From assembly GCA_037447605.1 (NCBI GenBank), contig CM074812.1, forward strand, positions 3,100,001 to 3,164,000: a stretch of DNA of 64,000 nucleotides, in the 5' to 3' direction. The DNA comes from Zygnema circumcarinatum SAG 698-1b. Taxonomy: Eukaryota > Plantae > Zygnematophyceae. The notes below the pieces were generated by a model. It did no database searches, was not told the DNA's origin, and saw nothing but the letters and a program-made list of their open reading frames with translations. The position numbers and the translations under genes were made by a program. Below are positions 12,697 to 25,745 of the stretch, piece after piece; position 1 is the first letter of the stretch, and each line of letters begins with the position of its first letter.

Positions 12697-14418
12697 ACAT
12701 TATTTGTTTTCTCTCATTTGTACATTTTTCGTTCTCTGAATAATAAGGAAGAACTGATAGAAATTGACTTTCATTCTCGGATTTCGGGTTGAAGCCTTTT
12801 GGGGGCCCTTGCATTTTGGGTTTTAGGGTTTTGGGGGATTTTGGTTGTCTCTTTCCTATCACTTGACTTGTGATTTCATCTCTTGAAAAAACAATGTTGT
12901 TGCTAATCTAGCCGATTAAGAAATAGTTGAGGAATATCTTAAAAACAGGTTCTCCTCCCTCTCCCTCTCCCTCTCCCTCTCCCACTCCCTCTCCATCTCC
13001 CTCTCCCTCTCCCACTCCCTCTCCTTCTCCCTCTCCCCCTGCCTCTCTTACCCTCTCCCTCCCTCACCCCTGTCCCTCTCCTCTTCCTCTTCCCCACCTC
13101 TCCTGTCACCCCCCTCCCTCCCTGTCCCGCTCTCTCCCTCTGCCTCTCCCTCCCCCTCCCTCCCATCCTCCCTTTCCACTCCCGCCTCTCTCCCTCTCCC
13201 CTGTCGTCCTATCCCTCCCTCTCCCCATCCCCATCCACATCCCCATCCCGTTTCCCCATTCCCTCCCTCCCTCTCCCCTGTCCTTCCGTCCCTCCCGCTC
13301 CATCTCCCCTCCCTCCCTCTCCATCTCCCCTTCCTCCGCCTCCCTCCCCCCCTGTCCTCCCCCATCCCCTCTCCCTCTCCCCTCCCCTGTCGTCCCCTCC
13401 ATCTCATCCTCCCTTTCCACTCCCGCCTCACTCTCACTCCCCTGTTTTCCTCTCCCTCCGTCTCCCCATCCCCATCATCTCTCCCTCTTCCCTCCCTCTC
13501 TCTCCCCTGTGCTTCCCTGTCTCCCTCTCCCTCTCCCCTCCCTCCCCCTCCCTGTCACCCACCATCCCCTCTTCCTCTCCCCTCCCGGTCCTCCCTCTCC
13601 CTCCCCNNNNNNNNNNCTCCCTCCCTCTCAATCTCCCCTCCCTCCCTCTCCCTCTCCCCTCCCTCCCCCTGTCCTCCCTCCCTCCTTCACCCTCTCCCCT
13701 CCCCTGTCCTCCCCTCCCTCCTCCTCCCTCCCTCTCAATCTCCCCTCCCTCCCTCTTCCTCTCCCCTCCCTCCCCCCCTCTCCCCCTCCAGTCCCCCATC
13801 CCCTCTCCCTCTCCCCTCCCTCCCCCTAACTCCCACTCCCTCCCACATCCATTTCCCTCCCTCCCCCAGCCGTGTCCTCTACCATTCCCTCTCCCTCATG
13901 ATGCGTCCCATTCATGACAACAACAATTCTTCGCATCAAAATCCAAACCTTTAACGGCTTCCTTTAGAAAAACCCATCTACCAATTTATGGAAACTTTCC
14001 CACAATTCCATCCCAAATGTTTTCAAGACCTTCTAACGCTGTAGCAGGCGGCGGCGTTATACCCCATTTATACACCATCTAGGAGTGTCTAGCATTTGAA
14101 TATAACTATAATTAAGCAACCCGCCTTAAAAATCACTTTTTATTCGAGCATCGACGAGGGAGGAGGGGGGTCCAATACTGCTACGCCCAAGACCTTAACG
14201 GAATCCGTTCAACAGAACTGAAACAGCACTTCACAGAACCTCACGTTCCATGTGTTGCTCCGTTGGCTTTGAGAACTCGACTTCCTTACCCTCCCTGGCA
14301 ATAAAATAAAAAAAAGAAATATAAAAAAATTAAACAAGGAAAGATTTCTTTTTACAGCATTTTTAATATTAATTAAAATAGACTTTAAAAAAAAAAAAAT
14401 AGGGTTTGTGGGGTGTCC

Positions 14419-15434
14419 TTACATGGGCATGCCGTGTTCCACCTCCTCGATGTCAGGGAGGTCGTACGGAAGGATGAGATTGAGGAGAAGTGCAATGAAC
14501 CCACCGATCGAAAATCCGTTGGACAGAACCACAATGAGAGCGTCACGGAACCCTGCTCGCTCAGAGAGAGAGAGGGAGAGTGAGGGGGAGAGAGAGAGGG
14601 AGGGAGAGGGAGGGAGAGGGAGAGAGAGAGAGGGAGAGGGAGAGTGAAAGAGAGCGAGAGTGTGAGAGAGTGTGTTGAAGCCGAAGCTAGAAGAGATAAG
14701 TGAGATAAGTGAGAAAGAAGGGAGAGTAGAGACTACAAACCCTACGACAGCTAAAACGCCCCCCCTCCTCCCCTCCCGCTCTCCCCCTCCCTCCCCCTCT
14801 CCCCCTTCCTCCCCTTCGCCCCCCCCTCCCTCCCNNNNNNNNNNGAGGGAGAGAGGAAGGAATAGGGGTTAGGAGATAGGGGGGAGGGGGGCAATGAGGA
14901 GAGAAAGGTAAGAGGGGGAGAAGGGGGGGAGGGGGGGGGCAGAGAGTGGGGCAAAAGGTTAGAAAGGAAGGGAGACATCGATCGAAAGAGAGCGAGGGGG
15001 AGATAAGGAGCATAAGAAGGTAAATGGAAAGGGACGGAAATGGAAAGCTGGGAAGAGAACAGGCAGGCAGGCAGACAAATATACACAGAGGGAAAGAGAG
15101 AGAGAGAGAAAGAGAGAGAGAGTGAGAAAGAGAGCGAGAGAGAGAGAACGAGAGAGAGAGAAAGACAGAGACAGAGACAGAGAGAGAGAGAGAGAGTTAT
15201 CCCTTACCAGGAATCGACAATATAATTCCGGCAAACTTCGCAAACACTCCCAACACTACTAGAATGGTCCCGCATGCCCATCCTGCTCTCCGTGCCCCGC
15301 AGCGAGTGAGGGAGATGATTCCGTTGTTCTCTGCGTACGTTACAGTCGGAAGGACGGAGGCGGAGGCCGCCCACAGACAGTTCAAACCGTCGGAGAGAAC
15401 GCCGCCCTGGACAGCTTTCTCATGCTCGGGACCT

Positions 15435-15518
<84 letters not shown>

Positions 15519-16503
15519 GAGAGGGAGAAGAAGAGGGGAGGGGAGGGGGGAGGGGGGTGAGAAGGTGAGGGACGGAGGGGAGAGAAAGAGAGAGGGGGAG
15601 AGGGGGAGAGGGAGAGGGAGAATGGAAGAGGAGAGGGGGGGAGGGGTGAGGGTGAGAAGGTGAGGGACGGAGAGAAGGGGGAGGGAGAGGGAGAGTGGAA
15701 GAGGAGAGGGAAGGGAGGGGGACGGTGAAAAGGTGAGGGACGGAGAGAAGGGAGAGGGAGAGTAGGAGGATATGAGCGTTAAATGGGTTGTTCGGATTTG
15801 TGAGTGATTGAAAGTGCACTCTCACGAAAGGAACAGAGTGAACTTACCAACTGGAATGAGTCCAGAAGCTTCCATGGTGGCTGTCACGTCACCAACGCAT
15901 TCCTGCATAATAAAAAACATTCAACTGAATATCTAAATTGACTCACACAGAAGTGGATCAACTGCTTGACTGAACAAAAAGCCAAAAGCCAAGTAAAGCA
16001 AAGCAAAGGAAAGCAAAGCAAAGCAGTTGAATGAATCATATGCAATGTTTTTTAATTTAAGAATTAAGTTTAATTTCCGCACTGAAACTCACCATAGTTG
16101 AAACCATGAATCCGAACATGAGAGGCAACAGAACGGGAGCATAGAAACCGAGCTTGAAATTTTCGACCCACAAAAATGTGACCCACTTGGCTTCGTTGAT
16201 CTGACGGCTCGTGACATATCTGCGAGAGAGATATACCCCATTTGTACCCGAAGGGAGCGGGAGGGAGGAAGAGGGGGAGAAAAACAGGGGAGAGAGGAAG
16301 GGCGGGGGAGAAGAAGGGGAAGAGTGGGAGGAAGGGAATGGGGGAGGGGAGGGAGGGGGGGAGGGAATTGGGTGAAGGAGGGATGAAAGGAAGAAAAGGG
16401 CGAGTGGGAATGGTAGGGGAGGGAAGAAAGACCGACAGATATGGAGGATTGGGGGTTCGCCCCGGGAAGATAATCCAAGACATAGAAAATAAAGTCAATT
16501 TGC

Positions 16504-16537
<34 letters not shown>

Positions 16538-16695
16538 TTTTCTGCCAACCTGTTCTTTGAGCAGACTGGGGGTGCGCAGGTTGGATCGCCGCATGATTTG
16601 AGGCAGATAGTTGCATTCGGAAAGAAGCTCGTTGCGGCTCCTGAAATGGTTTGAGTCACATTGTCGTAGGCGACTCCCTGCAGAGAGAGAGAGAG

Positions 16696-16740
<45 letters not shown>

Positions 16741-19700
16741 GGGGGAGATGAAGGGAGGGAGGATATGGGGTGAGGGAATGATTAGTGTTTGCAGAGGGAT
16801 GGAGAGGCCTGACGAAAGCGAAGGAGAAGGTAGCAGGGTCAAGAGCAGGAGACGAGTGAGAGAACGAGAGAGAGAGAGAGAGGGGGTGAAGCAGGAGACA
16901 GGGACTAAGAGAAAGTTCAAAATAAGCTTGAAGAGGAGAAGTGACGAAAGAGATGGAACATGGAAAGGGAGAGGGCGAGACTGGGAAAGGGGGAAAGGTA
17001 GTGAATGAGAGCTATTGAGAGAGAGTGCACGGGGGACCTAAAGCAAGAGAGGGCAGAAAGAGAGGTGAAAGTGGGAGAGAGGACAGAGAGAGAGAGGGGG
17101 AGAGAGAGCAAGCACAGAAGAGCTAAACAAGAGAACAACGAGTGGTGAAACGTGGGAGAGGGTGAGGGGTAGAGAAGACAAGAGAGCGGCGCACTAGCGT
17201 GAAAAGGAGAGAGAGAGGGAGAGGGAGAGGGAGAGAGGGGCGGTGCGAGAGAGGAAGAGAGACAGGAAAAGAGAGCGGGAGGGAGAGGGAGAGAGAAGGA
17301 GAGAGAGGGAGAGAGTGGGAGACAGAAGGAGAGGCTCTACCGCAGGGAGGACATCGAAGCAGGGGCAGGTCGGGTATGTGCAGACGGGCTCGTCACATTG
17401 CGTGAGATGAGTGGAGGAGGCAATGATCATTCCGACGAGGAGTCCAATCACAACCTGACAATCAAACAAAAACGATCAAAATCGAAAAAAAAAAAGTTAA
17501 AAAAAAGGAGAAAACAATGAATAACGAAAGAGAAAAATGAGTGATCATGAGTGGGAAGGGTTTGAAGCCTTTTTTTTTTTTTTTTTTACCGAAATATTGC
17601 GAAGGAAGGGTGATCCGAAAAGTTCGACGACGAGGAGAGTGGCGAAGACGGAGAAGCCCAAACCCACGTACTGCTTCGCGCCGAAGGGGAGCATCACCTC
17701 GCCGTTGTTGTCGCACAGGGGCTTGGAGGTGAGGACCTGCGGGAGGGAGGGAGGGAGAGAGAGGGAGGGAGGGAGGGAGNNNNNNNNNNGAGGGAGGGAG
17801 GAGGGAGGGGGGAGGGGGAGGGAGGGGGAGAGGGATAGGGAGGAGGGAGAGGGAGGGAGAGGGAGAAGGGAGAGAGGGGAGAGAGAGGTCAGTGGGCGTG
17901 AGGATGAAAAGGGAAACGTTCGAGATTGAGGGCATAATTTACAGGATTGCGATGAGGAAGCAGCAAAAAAGGGGGAGAGGAGAGAGAGAAGGAGAGAGGG
18001 AGAGAGTGATGGAGAGAGAGTGGGGAAGGAAAGAGACAGATGTGAGAGGACAGGGAGAGAGGAGAGGGAGAGGGGGGAGTGAGAGAGAGATGGGAGAGAC
18101 CCTTTTTTTCCTTTCGGGCAGCCCGAATTACCTGGTCAGCGCAATAAGCGCCTCCTCCCCAGCTCTTGAATCCGGCGGCTGTGAGCGCAAATCCTGGGCA
18201 GCCAAAAAAGTAGAAAAATAGATCAATTCTGTACCACATCTGCAAAGTATTCAGATTGTACCATCAGTGAAACTTTTTTTCACTGCCCGTAGCCTGGCAC
18301 GGCCAGAAAGCAACACATCACAAAAAACTGAATTATTTTTAATTTTTCGAACGAATTAAATACATGAAATTAAAGAAATGGACAAAAAATGATTCTATGA
18401 GTATTATTCCTCTAATTTTTATTTTTATTTTCTTACCGATCAGCGTCACGGTGGTGCCCGTAACGACCGGAGGGAAAATTTTTCGGAGAACGCTCGCCGG
18501 CAAAAATGCGATTCCGATTTCCAAAACACTCGCCACCATGATCTGCGGAAAACCAAAATGACGTCAGCAAACCAACAGACAGGAAACCACTTGCATCAGA
18601 TGATGTCAGAACTGACGTCATATGACGTCAGTTCAAAGTCAGTGGATAACTGCGGGAACCCAGCTGACTCCAGATGTGAACATGGCGTCATCTGGTCTCA
18701 GTTTCACGGCAGATGACGTCAGTTAACAGTAAACCAGTTGACTCAAAATGACGTCAGGTGACGTCAGCTCTGAGCAGTGGCGTCAGTTCAGACAAAACCA
18801 GCTGGCACCAGCTGACGTCAATTCACATCATATGACGCCAGTTCCAGTTTCAGGTAGTTCCATGCAGATCACATCCAGTTCAGTCTTTTCATTTCCATAT
18901 TTCTGTTATCCGTAAACCCATCTCCGTTTCTGAAAACAGTTCCCGTTCAACTGCCGTTGTGTCCATCCAACTGTTTTCTTTCCGTTATAACATGTCGCCA
19001 CTATTCCTGTAGTACTGTTCCCCGCAAAAATGTTTCCCGTGGACCTGTCCTCAGTGGAACTGCTTTCCGTAGAACCCTTCCCCGTAGAACCCTTTCCCGT
19101 TAAACTGTTTCCCGTAGAACTGGTTCCCGCAAAACCCTGTGCCGTAGAACTTTTCCCGTAGAACTGTTTTCCGTAGAACTGACCGTTCCCAGGATCTTCC
19201 CGAACGCGTCCGGCCCCTCCATGCACGGCCCGGCGATGTCCTCGGGCGCGCAGCTCGCGAAGGCGTCCGTACCGGCCTGTACGGACACGCCCTTGCAAGT
19301 GCACGCGCGGAGAATGGGGAGGGTCGTTTGCGCTGCGAACAAAAACCAAAAAAAAAAAGGTTAAAATAGGCTTCAGCCAATCAGAAGGCGCCACGTCAGC
19401 ATAATTTTTTCGTGAATCCATGGTGATGATCTCCCCAATTTGAGTTATGGTCAAATGTCGAATTGGGATCCACCACGTGGTTAACCGAATGTTGGTCACC
19501 AGGAGGAGAATCCCCCATAGAGGAGGATTACATTCGGGGGGGGGGGATTACATTCCGGGGGGGGGGGGGGAAGGGATGGGGTTAACTTTATTGAGAGACA
19601 TGGTGTTTATCTTATGGAGATAGTTTGATAATACAGATCGGGTATGTCAACTTTATCGAGGGACCAGGGTGATTCTACCATGGGGATTCCATGATAACAT

Positions 19701-20098
19701 AGTAGAGCGGGTGCGTTGACTTTAATAAGAGACAGGGTGTTATACTATGGGGATACCATGTTGACATTATAGAGCGGATGAGTTGACCTCATCAAGGGGT
19801 AACTTACAAATTGGGAGGAAGGTGAAACTAACGCCCATAACGGAGAGCAGTCCGCTGCCTGTGACATGGAAACGGAGGAAAGCATTAGGCTGCAGAATGG
19901 GACGAAAGAGTTCAACTGTGAAGGGGGTGGGGGACGGGGGACAGGGAGGGAGGGAGGGAGGGAGGGAGGGAGAGAGAGAGAAAGAAAGAGAGAGAGAGAG
20001 AGAGAGTGAGAGAGAGAGAGAGTGAGAGAGAGAGAGAGCGAGCGAGAGAGAGAGAGAGAGAGAGAGCGAGCAAGCGAGAGAGAGAGAGAGAGAGCGCG

Positions 20099-20142
<44 letters not shown>

Positions 20143-20407
20143 GGAGAGGCGACAGAGAAGTAGCAAAGGAGTGGAGGCGGGAGGGCAGAGAGAGAGAGGG
20201 AGAGAGAATGAAAGAGAGATAGAGAGAAGAGAGAGAGCGAGAGGGAGTGAGTGGAGAGGGAGTGAGAGAGAGAGAAAAACAAGCGGAGAGAAGTACAGGG
20301 AAACCCATAGAGACAGGAGAGTTGACCGAGGGGGAAGGTAGAGAGACAAAGTGGAAGAGCGGGAGAGAGAGGGGGAGAGAGAGGGAGAGAGTGGGCGAGA
20401 GAGAGGG

Positions 20408-20438
<31 letters not shown>

Positions 20439-21866
20439 GAGGAAGAAATAGGGAGAGAGAGGTAGAGAGGGAGAGAGAGGGGGCGAGAGAGAGGGAGAGA
20501 GTGGGGGAGAGAGGGAGAGAGAGAGGGAGAGAGAGAGGGAGTGAGAGAGGGAGAGAGAGGGAGAGCGAGAGAGAGGACGAGAGGTGGGGAGAGAGAGGGA
20601 GAGAGAGGAAGAGAGAGAGGGAGAGAGGGAGAGAGAGAGGGCGATAGAGAGGGGGGGAGAGAGACGGAGAGAGGCCCACCAATGACATATGGTGTGAAGG
20701 GGATGTGAATCTGCGTGACTTGAATGAGAGTGGCGAAGCCCGAGGCAATGAGGGACGCCGCGATGACATCTGTCCTCAAAAAGTACGCAATTAAGAAATT
20801 AGTAAAAAAAAAAAAAATAGTATGACGGAAGCAAAAATGTGAAAGCATCAATTGCGAAGCATGACCAAATTTTCAGGTACAAAAAAAAAAAGCATTAGAT
20901 AATCTTACATTGCTTTTGGTCTGTGCTGAAATTTCCGAAGTACGGTCCGCTGAGAATTAACGGCACAGTGATAATTCCGGCAACCTGAGGGAACATGAAA
21001 CCCCACGAATTCGATTTTTAGAACTAAAAATTAGCGAAAATTTAAAAAAAAATTGTTTATATCAATTAAAGGAAATTGGGGTGATCTGGGAACAACAAGT
21101 ATATATACTCTTCGGGAAATTTCATATTTTGAAAATTCAAGAAATTTTCGTGGAGGGGACACATAGAAACAGTTCAGAGTTGTTTGGACGGAAAGAGAGA
21201 TAAATGCATGGTTGGAAGGAGTGGGGAATGGAGAGGGGAGGAGGGGAGAGGAGGGAGAGGGAGGGGGAGGAGGGGAGGGAGGAGGCGAGTGGGAGAGGGG
21301 AGAGAGGGAGAGCGANNNNNNNNNNGGGGGGGGGGGGGAAGGGATGGGGTTAACTTTATTGAGAGACATGGTGTTTATCTTATGGAGATAGTTTGATAAT
21401 ACAGATCGGGTATGTCAACTTTATCGAGGGACCAGGGTGATTCTACCATGGGGATTCCATGATAACATAGTAGAGCGGGTGCGTTGACTTTAATAAGAGA
21501 CAGGGTGTTATACTATGGGGATACCATGTTGACATTATAGAGCGGATGAGTTGACCTCATCAAGGGGTAACTTACAAATTGGGAGGAAGGTGAAACTAAC
21601 GCCCATAACGGAGAGCAGTCCGCTGCCTGTGACATGGAAACGGAGGAAAGCATTAGGCTGCAGAATGGGACGAAAGAGTTCAACTGTGAAGGGGGTGGGG
21701 GACGGGGGACAGGGAGGGAGGGAGGGAGGGAGGGAGGGAGAGAGAGAGAAAGAAAGAGAGAGAGAGAGAGAGAGTGAGAGAGAGAGAGAGTGAGAGAGAG
21801 AGAGAGCGAGCGAGAGAGAGAGAGAGAGAGAGAGCGAGCAAGCGAGAGAGAGAGAGAGAGAGCGCG

Positions 21867-21910
<44 letters not shown>

Positions 21911-22175
21911 GGAGAGGCGACAGAGAAGTAGCAAAGGAGTGGAGGCGGGAGGGCAGAGAGAGAGAGGGAGAGAGAATGAAAGAGAGATAGAGAGAAGAGA
22001 GAGAGCGAGAGGGAGTGAGTGGAGAGGGAGTGAGAGAGAGAGAAAAACAAGCGGAGAGAAGTACAGGGAAACCCATAGAGACAGGAGAGTTGACCGAGGG
22101 GGAAGGTAGAGAGACAAAGTGGAAGAGCGGGAGAGAGAGGGGGAGAGAGAGGGAGAGAGTGGGCGAGAGAGAGGG

Positions 22176-22206
<31 letters not shown>

Positions 22207-23829
22207 GAGGAAGAAATAGGGAGAGAGAGGTAGAGAGGGAGAGAGAGGGGGCGAGAGAGAGGGAGAGAGTGGGGGAGAGAGGGAGAGAGAGAGGGAGAGA
22301 GAGAGGGAGTGAGAGAGGGAGAGAGAGGGAGAGCGAGAGAGAGAGGACGAGAGGTGGGGAGAGAGAGGGAGAGAGAGGAAGAGAGAGAGGGAGAGAGGGA
22401 GAGAGAGAGGGCGATAGAGAGGGGGGGAGAGAGACGGAGAGAGGCCCACCAATGACATATGGTGTGAAGGGGATGTGAATCTGCGTGACTTGAATGAGAG
22501 TGGCGAAGCCCGAGGCAATGAGGGACGCCGCGATGACATCTGTCCTCAAAAAGTACGCAATTAAGAAATTAGTAAAAAAAAAAAAAATAGTATGACGGAA
22601 GCAAAAATGTGAAAGCATCAATTGCGAAGCATGACCAAATTTTCAGGTACAAAAAAAAAAAGCATTAGATAATCTTACATTGCTTTTGGTCTGTGCTGAA
22701 ATTTCCGAAGTACGGTCCGCTGAGAATTAACGGCACAGTGATAATTCCGGCAACCTGAGGGAACATGAAACCCCACGAATTCGATTTTTAGAACTAAAAA
22801 TTAGCGAAAATTTAAAAAAAAATTGTTTATATCAATTAAAGGAAATTGGGGTGATCTGGGAACAACAAGTATATATACTCTTCGGGAAATTTCATATTTT
22901 GAAAATTCAAGAAATTTTCGTGGAGGGGACACATAGAAACAGTTCAGAGTTGTTTGGACGGAAAGAGAGATAAATGCATGGTTGGAAGGAGTGGGGAATG
23001 GAGAGGGGAGGAGGGGAGAGGAGGGAGAGGGAGGGGGAGGAGGGGAGGGAGGAGGCGAGTGGGAGAGGGGAGAGAGGGAGAGCGAGAGAGGAGGGGAGGA
23101 GAGGGCGAGTGGGCGAGGGGAGAGAGCAGAGAGGGAGAGGGAGAGAGGAGGGGAGGGAGGAGGCGAGTGGGAGAGGGGAGGGATCAGAGAGGGAGAGGGA
23201 GAGAGGAGGGGAGGGAGGAGGCGAGTGGGAGAGGGGAGGGAGAAGAGAGGGAAAGAGGAGGGGAGGGAGCAGGCGAGTGGGAGAGAGGAGAGAGAGGCGA
23301 GAGAGGAGAGAGGCAGAGGGGGTAGAGGAGAAAGGGGGGAAGACAAGAGCGAGAGGGAGAGCGAGAGAAGGAGAGGGAGGGGGGAGAGGCGAGTGCGAGA
23401 GGGGGGAGACGAAGGGGGAGCAAGTGTGTGAGAGGGAGAGTGATACAAAGTATATGAGAGAGAGAGAGATCACGAGGGAGTGGGAGTGTGTGAGTGCTAG
23501 CGAGAGCCACAGTGAGAGCAATTGTGTGTGAGAGAGATAAAGAGAGCAATTCTTAGAGAGAGGGAGTGTGTTAGAGAGAAAGAGAGAGAGGGCGAGAGAG
23601 GGAGAGGGAGAGAGAGCGGGAGAGGGAGAGAGATAGAGAGAGAGCGAGTGAGGGACCCTACCATGGCCAGCGCATGCTGCAGCCCCATAACGAATGCCAC
23701 AAATACAGAGATTTTGTCGTCCCTCTTAAAGAGCGGCGGCGCGGGCTTCATTCCTCCCCAAGGCGTGCGGGGAGTGCAGAGGAAGCCCCAATCGTAGTCG
23801 CCGATGATCACATCCTTGAAGAGCCCCAT
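14419..23829 (-). CDS. NAT/NCS2-family uric acid-xanthine permease, fungal UapA/UapC-like. Exons 23829-23662, 22754-22679, 22539-22450, 21626-21576, 19332-19184, 18542-18437, 18193-18132, 17736-17590, 17454-17341, 16677-16550, 16219-16093, 15902-15848, 15432-15208, [probable missing exon(s)], 14552-14419
   Basis: The N-terminus IIGDYDWGFLC...GLQHALAMVAGIITVPL, LRKIFPPVVTGTTVTLIG, LPFGAKQYVGLGF, ECVGDVTATMEAS and the NAT signature AENNGIISLTR are all present. All listed junctions are GT-AG and phase-consistent. The segment expected between SIP and GFRDAL (late TM helices) was not found and probably lies in the gap at 14835-14844. Confidence 0.92.
18559..18845. repeat. Intronic cluster of TGACGTCA palindromes
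   Basis: Seven perfect copies (18559, 18613, 18623, 18714, 18749, 18759, 18813) plus near matches. Confidence 0.8.
19040..19182. repeat. ~15-bp intronic minisatellite (GTAGAACyyTTyCCC-like)
   Basis: About 9-10 degenerate tandem units abutting the donor site of the exon ending at 19184. Confidence 0.8.
19550..21315 (-). repeat. Tandem duplicate of 21326-~23080, carrying second copies of permease exons 2-4 (20986-20911, 20771-20682, 19858-19808)
   Basis: Near-identical sequence at offset 1768, separated by the 10-N gap at 21316-21325. Confidence 0.92.
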
Positions 23830-25239
23830 GGCGGGAGAGGGAGAGAGAGAGAGAGAGAGAGAGGAGGAGAGGGGGGGAGAGGGAGAGGGAGAAGGAGAGA
23901 GGGAGGGGGAGAGGGAGAGAGAGGGAGAGAGGGGGGCGAGGGAGAGAGAGAGGGGAGCAGAGGGCCCACCCGGGGCGACAGCGAAAGCGTCAGGAAGTGG
24001 GAGAGAGAGCGAGAGAGAGACAGGTTCGAGTGGTAGAGAATGAATCGAGAAGTGACGTGACGTGACGTGACAGTTGAGACAGGCAGTCGGTCTGACAAAA
24101 AATCGACCCGCCGCGGCCCGAGACACGTGGGAGGTGGAGATGCGCTCTGATTGGCGGGGAGCCCGGAGAATCCGGAAGGGAAGAAAATCCACCGACATTG
24201 TGTGAGTAAAATTTGGATTCGAGGACGGGCAGCTGAAACTATTTGGGCTGTTCTTGGGAGGAAACGTGCTTGAAACAATGGGAGAGGGGCCAGAAAAGAC
24301 TTTATTTTCCTGCCCGGTAGCCTCGTTTTGCGTACGGAATCGCAGTGAGGCAAGCCTGGACAGATGAGAGAAAGGGACTGAGTCACGATTGGTGGGCGGC
24401 ACAGGTTGTCTTGAGTCAAATTTGGCGCAAGTGCGATCGGCGGCGAGTCGGGGAAGGTTATGGCGTACAGTCACAAAAGGTCAGAGATTTCGTATGGTAC
24501 ATCCGTACTTGTGCCGTACACATAAATTGTACGTATAGTACGGGTTTGTTTGTTAAAGGTGTACGGAAAGGGCTCGTTGCAACAACGCTATCATACGGGC
24601 TCTTGTCGGTGCGGCGCATCGACCAATGTATGAACGCCACGTGCTAGAGAGGCACACGTGGCAGATGGTCATTGGAGGTAACTTTGGAAGGGACAGGGCC
24701 CAATGCCGTTGTCTCTGACAAATCGACAGAAGGATGATAGTCAGAGGAGTCGTTCTCATGGTGTGAATGGCAAGATTTGGAAAAGATCTCGATAGAAGAT
24801 TCGGTTCGAGCTCAGATTCACTGCGGAAGTGCTGCGCTCTGATTGGTCCATTTTTCGAGCTCGCGATACTCACGTGGGCTCACGTGGCCGCCCACGATGG
24901 CCCCACCGACACTGACGTGACAGTTCGAGATTGGCCAAAAAAAGCTGACGTGACAGTTCGGAACTGGCCAGAAGGAAAAAAAAAGGAGGCAGAGTTTTAA
25001 TTTTGAAAGCTGTACATCGGGTTATTTCTGGACCTGGTTACATACATTATAATTATGTTCACACTGGTTCGTTGTTTTCGGTTTCCTCGGTGTGGAAAAA
25101 AATGGATTCCACCGCCGAGGCGAGATTTCGAATCCGTTTCAATGATCTGATATTATTCCTAAAACGACAAATGCTATGTACGGCCTTTTAAGGGCAGCCT
25201 GACGGCGCCGTACTGTACTGTTTTGTACAGTACTGTACT

Positions 25240-25745
25240 GTACAGTCCAGTAGGGGGTCCTCATATTTTCCACCCTGGTTTTGGCCAATATATGAGGCGA
25301 AAATATTGATTTTGCATATATAAGGTTCGTGTTACCAATAGACGGGCGGTATTCTGTTAGAGTTCATGTTGAACCGTACATATCGTACCGTATCGTACTG
25401 TATCGGCTACTACTACAGCTCTTATGGCTAGTACGGATAGTACCGTATCGTGGCGTTTCGTATCGTACCGTATCGTATCGTGTCGTATTGAAGCCAAGAA
25501 GAAGGGGAGAAGAGCGAGCGCCTCTTACGGCGGCTCGTGCGGGGAGATTAGGTGACTTTTGCGTAAGCCCGTAACCGCTAGTACAGCTAGTACGGTAAGT
25601 ACGGTAAGTACGATTAGTACGAATAGTACGGCTAACACAAGTTACCGTACAAAAAGGTGGTTTCGGCAAAATCGGGGCGAAAATATTGAGGACGCACTCC
25701 TCAGGGCGGTAAATACGAGGACTGTTGACTGTACGTGTACGAGAA
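25240..25745. mobile_element. MITE-like non-autonomous element related (inverted) to the core of the element at 53454-54504
   Basis: 25641-25681 is the exact reverse complement of 53816-53856. 25315-25400 matches 54040-54126 with a few mismatches. The ends are imperfect inverted repeats (gtacagtc...gtcctcrtattt). No TSD was identified. Confidence 0.6.

Noticed and set aside
14552-15208. In-frame direct splice suggesting a permease lacking late TM helices
   Set aside because: A 10-N gap at 14835-14844 lies in this intron, so missing exons are the simpler explanation.
19550-23080. Apparent tandem duplication of permease exons 2-4 as a real internal gene duplication
   Set aside because: The copies are near-identical and joined by a 10-N gap. 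The three exons total 217 nt, so including both would shift the frame. An unmerged contig overlap is the likely cause.
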